Shown piece after piece: positions 22,917 to 33,534 of a stretch of 64,000 bases of DNA (the first letter of the stretch is position 1; the number at the start of each line of letters is the position of its first letter). The translations under genes were made by a program, and so were the position numbers. This stretch comes from Massalongia carnosa (lineage: Eukaryota). The notes beneath the pieces are model-generated. The model saw only the letters and a list, made by a program, of their open reading frames with translations, searched no databases and was not told the origin of the DNA. The stretch lies in contig OZ287085.1 in assembly GCA_965645245.1 (NCBI GenBank), positions 62,001 to 126,000 on the forward strand, in the 5' to 3' direction.

Positions 22917-24503
22917 CTGTAAATTGGGCCATTTGTTAGCGATTTTCTCCAATTTGCCCCGTGATAGGAGGTCAGCGAGCTCATTAGACTTTGTTGGGAT
23001 CCAACGTATTTCAATCCGAATATCATGAATAGCGGTCAGCATTGCGATTGCCCGAAGGGGCCGCATAGCGTTTCCACGAATAGATGATTTCCTTATTCCT
23101 GACGTGACAGCAAAGTTGTCACAGTGGAAAATCACATGGCTCCCTGCACAAAGGGGGAGCCATTTACGCAAAGCGTGTAATATCGCTGTCATTTCTTTGA
23201 CATTGATGTGAGTTGGCCTAAGCCGAGACGTGAAACGTTCAGAAAGTGCATGCTCAGCGGGCATGGTAAAACTGGTATGATCCTCCACTAGGATGTAGGC
23301 CCCAATGCCGTACCCTGATGCGTCCGTCCAAAGACGAAATTTCTCGCGAGGACGGTCTAACATGCGAATGCCATTCCATTTAGGTAAAAAAAGATGCCAC
23401 CACTGCAGGTCGGCTTTGATATTCTCGTTAATATGAATATGACGCCCACGAGACATGGCTTTTGCGTTAAAAAGACGTCGGAGGAAAGCTCTCCCTGGCA
23501 CTACCACTTTAGCTGCGAATGACAAAAATCCCACCAAGGAGTCTAATTCCTCCCTTCTAATCGATGATTTTTGCAAGGCCTGTTTGACGAGGTCTTTGGC
23601 TTTCTGCAGTTTGTCTGGTGGTAGCCGTGCTTCCATGAGCATAGTATCCAATTCAATGCCTAAGAAATCGATCACATGACCAGTTTTATTTTTCTTTTCG
23701 TTGACTGCGATTCCAAGGTCTTTGCAAAGATCGAAGAAGTACCGAGTGAAAGCTTCCGCTTCAGGATTAGTGCGGCAAACTGCCAAGAAATCATCTAGAT
23801 AATGAAGCACATCATGTTGATTTTGTAAACACATCCAATTTATCCCCTTTGCAAACAAATCGAATAGAAAAGGAGACGTGCGCAAGCCGAAAGGTAGAAA
23901 GCGCTCCATCCAGTAAACATTATCCCATTGAAATCCCAGCAACCACCAGTCGCTTTTAGCCACGGGTATATGGCGAAAGGCATCGGAGAAATCCCTTTTT
24001 ACTAATATGCACCCTTTTCCTTGTTGTCTTATTTTGGCGACAGCGTCATCGAATGTGGGGTATTCCAAGGCCCCCCATTCCTGAGGGATGAAGTCATTTA
24101 CCGACGATCCTTCAGGATGAGATAAATGATGGATACGGCGCCATGTACCATTTGATTTGGGTACGAGACCTAATGGGGATGATATGAACTTGGAGGGAAG
24201 AATATCTACTCGCGTCAATCGTCCCTTATCCCTCTGCTCCTCGACATCTTTAGTGAGTATATCAGGAGCTTCTTTTGCTGATAGTAGATTGGGGCTGAGG
24301 ATGAATTGTTCTGGGCCGGTATACCCAATCTTGGCCCCATACCGAATAATATCAAAAATAGCCTGCTTGTACACGTTATCGGGATGAGTTTCTAGGTGCT
24401 TCTTCCAGCCGGCGAGGATGAGTGGTCCTTGCTGAAGAGCCTCGAGTTTGTCCATCAGTCTGTACGGAAAACCTTCCGCGATATGGTCATATGGGCCGGC
24501 TAG
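22896..24503 (-). CDS. Ngaro-2 RT/RNase H (in frame with gag after TGA)
   Basis: LPFGLRTSP, YLDD, WTDASG, HINVKEM and ADLLSR motifs; uninterrupted. Confidence 0.94.
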   Translation of the reverse strand, partial: LAGPYDHIAEGFPYRLMDKLEALQQGPLILAGWKKHLETHPDNVYKQAIFDIIRYGAKIGYTGPEQFILSPNLLSAKEAPDILTKDVEEQRDKGRLTRVDILPSKFISSPLGLVPKSNGTWRRIHHLSHPEGSSVNDFIPQEWGALEYPTFDDAVAKIRQQGKGCILVKRDFSDAFRHIPVAKSDWWLLGFQWDNVYWMERFLPFGLRTSPFLFDLFAKGINWMCLQNQHDVLHYLDDFLAVCRTNPEAEAFTRYFFDLCKDLGIAVNEKKNKTGHVIDFLGIELDTMLMEARLPPDKLQKAKDLVKQALQKSSIRREELDSLVGFLSFAAKVVVPGRAFLRRLFNAKAMSRGRHIHINENIKADLQWWHLFLPKWNGIRMLDRPREKFRLWTDASGYGIGAYILVEDHTSFTMPAEHALSERFTSRLRPTHINVKEMTAILHALRKWLPLCAGSHVIFHCDNFAVTSGIRKSSIRGNAMRPLRAIAMLTAIHDIRIEIRWIPTKSNELADLLSRGKLEKIANKWPNLQELLLKS

Positions 24504-25580
24504 TCAATCCTTCCTATTGACCGGTGTCCAATTCGGATTGTTACGAGATTGGCTACTTGGGTTGCTATTGTTGGGGGTGTTGCCCCTGCAACTAAGTGCT
24601 GGGTGCTGTCTCCCGCAGTTGCTGCAGACGTGTTGGTATCTGCAGTCTCGGCAGTCCTTGCCTGTGTTATACCGATGGCAAGGGTAGGGCCTTGGAGTAT
24701 TGCTGTTTGAATTGGTTGTGTATCCCCCAAATCCGGTCCGGGTTTGAAGGTTGTTGAGGGGCCTATCGCGTTTAACCAGGTATGTGTTTTCCAAGTCTGG
24801 GTAGCTTTGCCTCCATTTTACGGGGTCGTCCACTCCTTGATACCACAGCGTTCTATGAAATAGCATATGAACTTGCAGCAACGACTCCCATGTGTAGGTA
24901 TTGTGAAGCAAAATCAGCCGGTCCTCGTATTTCATGAAGGCCCTTGCTAGATCTTTGAACAGACTTGGTTGTGCAAAGTGCAATACCGCTTGCCAGTATA
25001 CCAAAAGACAACGAATTAGGTGGGTGATACCCTTGATGTCGCTCAACGATGCGTCATCCTCGCCAGTAATGACCTCCAGACCTTTGCTGATATTGATAGA
25101 TTTCTTCGTAGACTTGCTCAGAGTAACGTCACTGCACATCTTGGCGATATTGATGGGGTCAAACTTATTTTCCAAAATTTGCTTGAAATACAGCTGGTTT
25201 ATGGCCGGAAAGTCACTTGTCAGAGGGAGGATTCTTGGGTCATCCGTACCTTCGCTCTGAAAGGCCTGATTGGTCTGTTGGGATCCCCCATGCTGAAATC
25301 CCGTAGGGGCCTCCTCCACCTCCAACGCGGCCTGTCTGTCGACAATTTCCTTCCTAAGCTTTCTCATTTCGGCCTGGCGCCCCTCTCGTACCAAAATGTC
25401 GCGTTGTACGCGAAGTTCAAGTAGCTCATCAGGGGTACCGGGGCGTGTGGGCCCTTCTTCCGCTGGCTGGCCGGCCTGCATTGTTGCGGAGGTCGGCTGA
25501 GAGTCAGGCACAAGGGGGGTGAGGGGGCCAGTGGGGCCGCTATCGTCGGCGGTGGACGCAGTGCGGCGGGTAGTAGGCAT
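24504..25580 (-). CDS. gag: Ngaro-2 Gag-like ORF1
   Basis: Likely ATG at 25580 (MPTTRR); FDPINIAKMC; C-terminal zinc fingers. Confidence 0.87.
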   Translation of the reverse strand: MPTTRRTASTADDSGPTGPLTPLVPDSQPTSATMQAGQPAEEGPTRPGTPDELLELRVQRDILVREGRQAEMRKLRKEIVDRQAALEVEEAPTGFQHGGSQQTNQAFQSEGTDDPRILPLTSDFPAINQLYFKQILENKFDPINIAKMCSDVTLSKSTKKSINISKGLEVITGEDDASLSDIKGITHLIRCLLVYWQAVLHFAQPSLFKDLARAFMKYEDRLILLHNTYTWESLLQVHMLFHRTLWYQGVDDPVKWRQSYPDLENTYLVKRDRPLNNLQTRTGFGGYTTNSNSNTPRPYPCHRYNTGKDCRDCRYQHVCSNCGRQHPALSCRGNTPNNSNPSSQSRNNPNWTPVNRKD

Positions 25581-26325
25581 TCTGTTTATGGAAGGGAGTA
25601 GAGCGGAGCTAGGTTTATACGTGTTTATCGAAGATGAAGAAGGGAAGAAGGATGGATTGTTCGTTAGGTTGGAAGATTGTTGGATCGGACTCAAAAACTA
25701 CTATGCAGTGCTACCTCCGAATCCGAGATGATGAGGAGATGTAGGACTGCTTTGGCCCTCTATATAGCCTCCATCTCCCCCCTGTCATCCATCCATCCCT
25801 ATCCGATCCCCCGTCGTTATCCGAACCAGCTCCTGGCGGATAACCGTGCAAAACCGAAGAGGTCCGGATTTTGCATCACCTGTTGTCCCCGTCATGCGTG
25901 GAGAACCGCTGGTAGCCGATCCGCTGGTGGCCGAATCCGCTGGTAGCCGAATCCGCTGGTAGCCGAATAGCATCGGTCCCGCACTAGCTCTCGCCATAGA
26001 CGAACTAGCTATTTCAACAATTGGTTACAATATATTACGAAGTATGACAGCGATCGGAGTTAGTACATTGCTAGAATTGGCTAAGCGGATTGGCGATAAC
26101 TGCCTCGTGATTTCGTTCCTCCGGCGTAACATTTACATGAACTTCATCGTGAAACACGCGAATAAAAGTGGCCCTCATTAGAACACCTGATATGAGCTGC
26201 AAATTTATATTTATATACATTCCGCTTTGCGCTTGTGATCGACTTGACACAAATTTTCCACACCTGTGCTTTTGTCGTCACTGCTACCACCCCGCATAGC
26301 TTGGAACGACAAGCCCAATAGCTCC

Positions 26326-27723
26326 ATGCCGGCGATGCGTATGTATAAACATGACAAGGAAACGCCAGACGTGGCGGCCAGCCGTGAGCACCGACTACAC
26401 TGGACCTCGAATACCCCAACAGCTGTGGGTCTTCAACCTGCACCATCCGACATGCTCTCTGGCTTACTGCTCGAAGATGCCGTGCTATATAATGCCACGA
26501 GGAAGGTGGTCAACCCGCCGGACAAGCAGCTTTTCCTCGCCCTTCTGGCGGGAATCTGGGTTGGCTTGGGCGGTCTCACAGCTGTGAGCATCGCTGGTGG
26601 TGTGCCAGAGGATGTGAGAGCGCGTTGGCCCTCGCTGCCAAAGTTCCTGAACGGGGCGTTCTTCGCATTTGGTCGGTGAACACTTGCTTGTTGAGCCTTA
26701 GTTGAAGTTTCTCATGACGTCGTATAGCACTACACTTTATTGCGATGTTTGGTGGGGATCTGTTCACCGGAAACACAATGATTCTGGCGATTGGCAAGTC
26801 GGGCGGCGATGCTAGCAGTTTCAACTCCTTTTACTGATCACCACAGGTTTCTACAATCGATTCGTAGGTGTAAGCTCGCTTCTACTGAACTTGATGCTTG
26901 TCTACGTGGGGAATTGGGCTGGCTGCTTGCTGGTAGCGTATTTCCTTGGCTACCTCACCAGCCTGTTCCATGATCAACAATATCGGACTTATCTCGATGG
27001 AGTTGTTCTCCTCAAGCTGGAAGAGCTGAGTAAGTGATTTTGCCTAGGGTCTGATGGATGAATGTTGATTGGAAGATTCAACAGGCTGGGTCGAAATTTT
27101 TTTGAGAGCCATCCCAGCCAATATGATGGTCTGCATGGCGTTCTTGCTGGGTATTGCAGCTCGTGGAGCTGCTGGTAAAATCCTGGCGCTTTGGTTCCCA
27201 ATCGTCATGTTCGTCATCTGCGGTTTCGAACATTGCGTGGCAAACAGTCGGTTACGTATATCACTCTTCCTTCCTCGGATCGCTGATGTATAGGGTGACA
27301 GTGTTCTTCGTCTCCCTCGGCCTCATGTATGGAGCACCATCAACCATTGGTCGTTTATGGTACAACCAGTCTGCAGCAGTATTGGGCAACATACTCGGTG
27401 GCGTAATCTTCATCGGCTTGACTGCACATCTGATGAATCACTGGAAATCGCCTTTATTTTCCTCCGATGATGGGGGTACGTTATTGGCACACGATGTCGA
27501 GAGTACAAGGCGTGCTAGAGACGCGAAGAGCTTGGAAGATGGACTTCTGGGGAGCGGAATGTCGACCGGACACTATCAACGTCGGGCGGATCCTGGCGAA
27601 ATCAGGAATTCCTCTCTCAATGCCGTAGATTCTGCTACTTATCCTGCCCGGGTTGGAGGTCCTATCAATGCCCTTGAGGCAGTCGGATTGAGCGATCACA
27701 TTGTAGAAGCACAACCTCAATAA
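26326..27723 (+). CDS. Formate/nitrite transporter (FNT) family, multi-exon
   Basis: GGDLFTGN, GNWAG, AIPANMMVC and GFEHCVAN motifs. Introns at ~26672-26727, 26794-26846 (GC-AG), ~27030-27083 and ~27248-27300. Confidence 0.9.
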
Positions 27724-28663
27724 GCACTGTGGCAACGAGCATTACAGTTTCGGCGTGTAGGTAGATCATCGACTTGGCCATACCAGAGACTTAAGTCTTT
27801 AGAAAGGCAATGATACTTCTTGATAAATGAAGTATAGGGCAGACTGATTTCTCAACTTCATCTACCTCAATTTAAGCACAAAATCATCGAAGAGGATCTG
27901 CTACAAGATTTCCTTCTGCTAAAGTATGTTCCTTTGGAGGTCTTTCCCCTACAGCACATATCCGTAAGAAGTATTGACAAATGAATCTTGAATCTCGGAC
28001 ATGACAGTAGAGTAATGTATTTCGTCTACCACAGGTGCAGGTAGAACTACAGAAGACCAAAGGCCCCTCAACAGCCACATGATATTCTTCATCATCGTTA
28101 TGGTCATCGACTTCACCTCACACTTCGGAATCGCAACCCCACCTACTGCCACCTTCACGCCACGCCCTACCGCGAATTCGCGTTTTGCTTTTGCCTCCAA
28201 GCCGCCAGTCACGCACAAGTCCCACTTGATTTCCTCCGCCTAAAGACCTCGCTACTAGTCTCCATCCCCATCCCCATCTTCATTGAAACTATCGCCTCTC
28301 GCCAAGCCCTCCTCTTCACTCCATTTTTCATCTTTCATCTTAGTTGATGGCTTCTTCTTGATATCTCCACCTTCCCTCAAAATTCCAACACTCCCGAGCT
28401 CGCCACTTTTCCGAACTTTTCTCCCTTCTCGAACTCCAACTCCACGTGATGCAATACGAAGTAGTCTCTATGATGCGGCGAGATGAGAGAACGTCTCCGT
28501 CTTGGTAATAAGGCGAGGGGAGGGGCGGTTCCGGAAATCTGCGAGGCATTGAGATCGGTGCTCCGCGAGACGGGGAGAAAGATGTTCTGTATTATTGTTG
28601 ATAATGTTGTGAGAATGCCTCTTGATTTGCTTAGTCATCTCTGTATCAGCGCTACTCGAATTG

Positions 28664-30944
28664 AACAGTCAAAGGCGAGCCCCTCGGCGAAGATGAGGTT
28701 CGTCGGATGGACGCCTACTTCTCAGCCAGCCTCTATTTATGTCTCCGCTTGCTTTATCTACGCCAGAATCCTCTCTTGAAGGAGCCTCTTAGAGTTCAAC
28801 ATCTCAAGGCTCGTTGGCTGGGACACTGGGGCTCAGATGCAGGTCAAGCTTTCACGTGGATTCATATGAATCGATTGATCAAGCAATATGACTTGAACGC
28901 CCTTTTCATATCTGGATCTGGACATGGCGCTTCTGCTGTGCTCTCTCAGGCCTATCTCGAGGGACTTACTCGGAGGTCTATCCTGATATCACTGAGGATG
29001 TAGAGGGCATGAGGAAGTTCTTCAAGCAGCTCTCCTTTCCCAGGCGGAGTTGATATCCATGCTACTCCTGAGACTCCAGCACGTGTGCATGAGGGCGAGG
29101 AGCTCGTTTACTCGATTTTTCATGCTTTTAGAACTGTGTTCGACAATCCTAATACTATAACCTTGACGATGGTTGAGGATCTTGAAGCGGAGACAAGTTC
29201 TCTAGTCATCAGTTGGCACAACCTTAAGTATCTCAACTTCATCAACGATAATGCAGCTCTTCTGTGTTGCATCTCAGTGAATAAGATCTATGACTCATCG
29301 ATCTGGTCAAGGATAAGCCACAAGGAGTTGGAATGCCTCTTCATCGGCTATGAGTGAACATCATACTTCGTTGAAGGAAGTGATCATGCGATCATGCATC
29401 AAGCAATGGCAGCTATCATGAAGCGTTGCGTCCTCGAGATCCGCAATCAACAAGATCAGGTTCGCGTCTCAGGTAAAGCTTTCCGTTCACACTGACCTAT
29501 GATCATCCTCAGCAGCCCGAAGGGATGGACCGCACCACGACAAGTTGATGATCACTATCTCGAGGGCTTCTAGCGAGCTCATCAGAATTCAGTTATCGAT
29601 GTGGATACCAATCCAAAGCACCTCGCTGTACTTGAATAATGGATGTGTAGCTAGCTACAAGCCGGAAGAAGTCTTCGATGAAGAGGCACGGCTGATTCCT
29701 GAACTGAAGCAACTTACATCAAGCGGTATTCATCGTATGAGTGCGAATTCCGTCGGCAGTGGTGGTGTACTGCAAAGGCGTTAGGTATGCCAGACTTCTG
29801 AGGGTTCAAATTCAATCAAATTATGCCTAGAGTTACAGATGACCCAAGCTTGTTCAATATGACAATCTTCTTGCGAGAACTCCTCGCAGCAAATATGCAG
29901 AATCTGCGCATATTCGGCCCGGACGAGACGGAATGAAACCAGCTTGAAGAGCTGTACAAAGTTTCTAAGAAGGTTTGAATAGGCGATTATATGGACGAGC
30001 ATGCAGATGGCGGAAATCTAGTCTTCAGCGGGCGTATCATGAAAATTCTCAGCGAGCATACAGTTGAAAGATGGCTAGAAGGCTACATCTATTAGGCCGC
30101 CATGGTCTCCTTAAGACCTACAAGTCCTTCGTCCACGTCATTGACTCTATGATCAACCAACATTGCAAATGACTCGAGCAATGCAACGAAGTCGAATGAC
30201 GAGCCAAGGTTTCCTCCCTCAACATCCTCATAACCGCCACAGTTTGGCGACAAGATCACAACGGCTTTACGCACCAAGTTCCTGGTTTCTCGACGTTGTA
30301 GCGAACAAGAGTCCGGAAGTCGTGCGAATCTACCTCCCACCTGAGGGTAACTATCTCCACAGCATCGTAGCAGATAAGCAAAACCACCTACCATACCTCT
30401 CCATGGATGACGCCTTCGCACATTGCACAAAAGGCACTCGGATCTCCAAATACGATTTGTCAATGTGGTCGATCTTTTCAAGCTCATATCCCCAGAACAA
30501 CATTCCCAGGGCCTTAGCGATGTGCAGTACTCCTCTATTTTCGCATCCGACAAGCCTGTGATCTTCAATTGTCATTCCTACCATTGGATGATTCACCGCT
30601 TGATATACAAGCGTCCTGGCGCGGGAGCCAACCTACCTGTTCATGGGTAGAGGGAGAAAGGAAACCTTGACACCCCGCTGAAGCTGGCTTTTCACAATGG
30701 GACCGATAGGTATGGTCTTAGTATCGAGGTCATTGATCGCATGTTACATATTCAGAGTATGACGGGGAGTGTGAGAGAACGATTCGTGAACGAGCAGATC
30801 AAAGCTCGGAATCAGGCGTTAGAGGAAAGGATTGATTTGGAGAGTGTGAGGAAGTGGTCTTGGTCGTTTGCAAAGAGGGAGGAACGTTTGAGGAACGTGA
30901 TTGAGGCGGTGAAACATTTAGGAGTCAGCAGTGGAGGTCAGTAG
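28664..30944 (+). pseudogene. xfp: Phosphoketolase pseudogene (right copy; 5'-truncated, internal deletion near 30439)
   Basis: Same fragments and frameshifts as the left copy; lacks the first ~24 codons. Confidence 0.88.
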
Positions 30945-31789
30945 CGAAGCATTTAATCTGACAATCGAAATTTGACTTGCTGATTCAGCCTGAAATGACC
31001 TCTATCAGTTAATATGAATGTATATGGTGTGATCTAGGAGAAATGAATTGTATGAAAAAGAGTTCAAGCGCTAATAGAATAACATCATGACTTGCATGAG
31101 TGATGATAATGATGATTACGACGAAATGAGACAATGATCTGCTGAACGAGCTATATATGAGAAGATTAGACAAGACTTCATCTCCACTTTAAGCCCAATA
31201 TGAATCAACACCTTAATTTATGAACGTGTCTGCCGTATAGTAGTATTCACGATCACAGTCATATGCATAAAACCATTAACTTGGGCGTATTCCATACTGG
31301 AGTGCTGATACGCAATCCGATTTCTTTGAAGATATATACTTGCCGCCCCATGGCGTTCTAATCACTTGCGGTAAAGTACATAAACCATCGCCAATCCTAT
31401 CACAAGCGAGAATCAGGTTATCAAGCCTCAAAATGTAGTAAATTCTGAACTGCTACAACGGATGAAATCATAATACTGATTTCAATCAGGAGCAAGAGCG
31501 ATGCTTTTCATCGAAGTTGCCAAAACATGTGCAAGAAAATATAACTCCAAGCATTGTTGAGAAGCAGCATAAATTCCGCCTATCATGCAAAATGTGTCTA
31601 TTCTGGCAAGTCAAACGTGGCTCGAGATACAGCAACATCAGGTTCTGAACATTTGGCGGCTCGTTTCCGAAATGCTGCTTCCGAGCTGAAAGATGCAGTC
31701 GTGAACTATGCCGAGTAGAAGATAATCAATTTCAACTATGATTTCACTCGCTATGGCGGGCCTTATCATGATATCAAGACCTGCCGGTC

Positions 31790-32068
31790 ATGAATGACAA
31801 AAGGCTTACAGCGTTCAATGGACACGAAGTTATCTTGAGCATGATCATGGGTGCTAAATTGGTACAGCTGGAGGCACAAGCTCAGCACGGGCGGACAGCG
31901 TTAATATGGGCAGCGGAACTAGACCACGAGAAGGTGGCGGACATGTTGCTGGACAAGGGCGCGGAGACGAATGCTCGAGGGAGAAGGTTTGACGACTTCC
32001 TGCTATTTGGAACAGTTCGACCACACCGCTTAGGCCTTTCTGCTACCGCGGGCGAGTTCAAAACCTAG
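31790..32068 (+). pseudogene. Ankyrin-repeat fragment
   Basis: GRTALIWAAELDHEKVADMLLDKGAETNA ankyrin consensus. Confidence 0.6.
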
Positions 32069-32235
32069 GGGTAGTCGCGTGCGTCAGCGAGCTCGATCGT
32101 TCTGTCACTCATGTTCTGAGCTTTCAGCTTTGGACAAAATAAAAAGTAGCATTCTTACGCTGCTTTGTTCACCAAACGCGCAAACAGTTAAGTTTTAAGG
32201 ATAATAGGATTTAGTTCTGATTTATATGAATCGCT

Positions 32236-33534
32236 TTAAGATTCCACTGTTAAATTCTCCTTCTGCCACTCATTAAGAAACTCAAGCGAAGACTCTGTAT
32301 CAGGATGTTGAGGACCCAATTTGTGTTTTCTTAGCTGAAAACATTCCTTTAGCAGTGAGAGAGCCTTATCATTGCGGCCTTGAGACTTCCACGTGAATGC
32401 AAGGTTGTTCATGCTGGTCAGCGTGTCTGAATGCTCCGTCCCTAGCACCCTCTTTCTCGTCTCCATCACTTGCACCTTCAGCTCTTCGGCCTCCGTCCAT
32501 CGTCCTTGATTCCGATACGTCGACGCAAGGTTGTTCATGCTGGTCAGCGCGTCTGGATGCTCCGCCCCTAGCACCCTCGCACCCGTCTCCATCACTTGCA
32601 CCTCTAGCTCTTTGGCCTCCGTCCATCGTCCTTGATTCCGATACGTCGATGCAAGGTTGCTCATGCTGGTCAGCGTAGAAGGATGCTCCGTCCCTAGCAC
32701 CCTCGCACTCGTCTCCATCACTTGCACCTCTATCTCTTCGGCCTCCATCCATCGTCCTTGATTCCGATACGTCGACGCAAGGTTGCTCATGCTGGTCAGC
32801 GCGTCTGGATGCTCCGCCCCTAGCACCCTCGCACTCGTCTCCATCATTTGCACCTCCAGCTCTTCGGCCTCCGTCCATCGTCCTTGATTCCGATACGTCG
32901 ACGCAAGGTTGCTCATGCTGGTCAGCGTGTCTGGATGCTCCGTCCCTAGCACCCTCTTTCTCGTCTCCATCACTTGCATCTCCAGCTCTTCGGCCTCCGT
33001 CCATCGTCCTTGCTTCGAATACGTCGACGCAAGGTTTCTCATGCTGGTCAGCGTTTCTGGATGCTCCGTCCCTAGCACCCTCTTTCTCGTCTCCATCACT
33101 TGCACCCCCAGCTCTTCGGCCTCCGTCCATCGTCCTTGATTCCAATACGTCAACGCAAGGTTGCTCATGCTGGTCAGCGTGTATGGATGCTCCGTCCCTA
33201 GCACCCTCGCACTCGTCTCCATCACTTGCACCTCCAGCTCTTCGGCCTCCCTCCATCGTCCTTGATTCCGATACGTCGACGCAAGGTTGCTCATGCTGGT
33301 CAGCGTGTCTGGATTCTCCATCCCTAGCACCCTCTTTCTCGTCTCCATCACTTGCACCTCCAACTTTTCGGCCTCCGTCCATCGTCCTTGATTCCGATAC
33401 GTCGACGCAAGGTTGCTCATGCTGGTCAGCAAGTCTGGATGCTCCGTCCCCAGCACCCTCGTACTCGTCTCCATCACTTGCACCCCCAGCTCTTCGGCCT
33501 CTGTCCATCGTCCTTGATTCAAATACGTCGACGC
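32236..33534 (-). pseudogene. Truncated NLR paralogue: TPR array and C-terminus only
   Basis: At least 9 126-bp TPR units and the same C-terminus (..NEWQKENLTVES). Cut by the Copia LTR at 33535; no NB-ARC on the far side. Confidence 0.9.

Larger units (their letters stand above)
21217..26011 (-). mobile_element. Ngaro YR retrotransposon 2, intact, split direct repeats A1-ORFs-B1-A2-B2
   Basis: A1 25691-26011 = A2 21401-21721 (321 bp); B1 21718-21863 = B2 21217-21362 (146 bp). GCTA core at both ends. Confidence 0.96.
28664..33534. repeat. Right arm of inverted duplication
   Basis: Reverse-complement match to the left arm beginning at AACAGTCAAAGG (28664 vs 20799). Confidence 0.93.

Noticed and set aside
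21901..22932. YR genes as Starship captains or Cryptons
   Set aside because: Each YR is embedded with gag and RT/RH between split repeats; no DUF3435-like gene seen.
27884..28660. Short ORFs in the spacer right of the FNT gene
   Set aside because: No recognisable motif or consistent frame.
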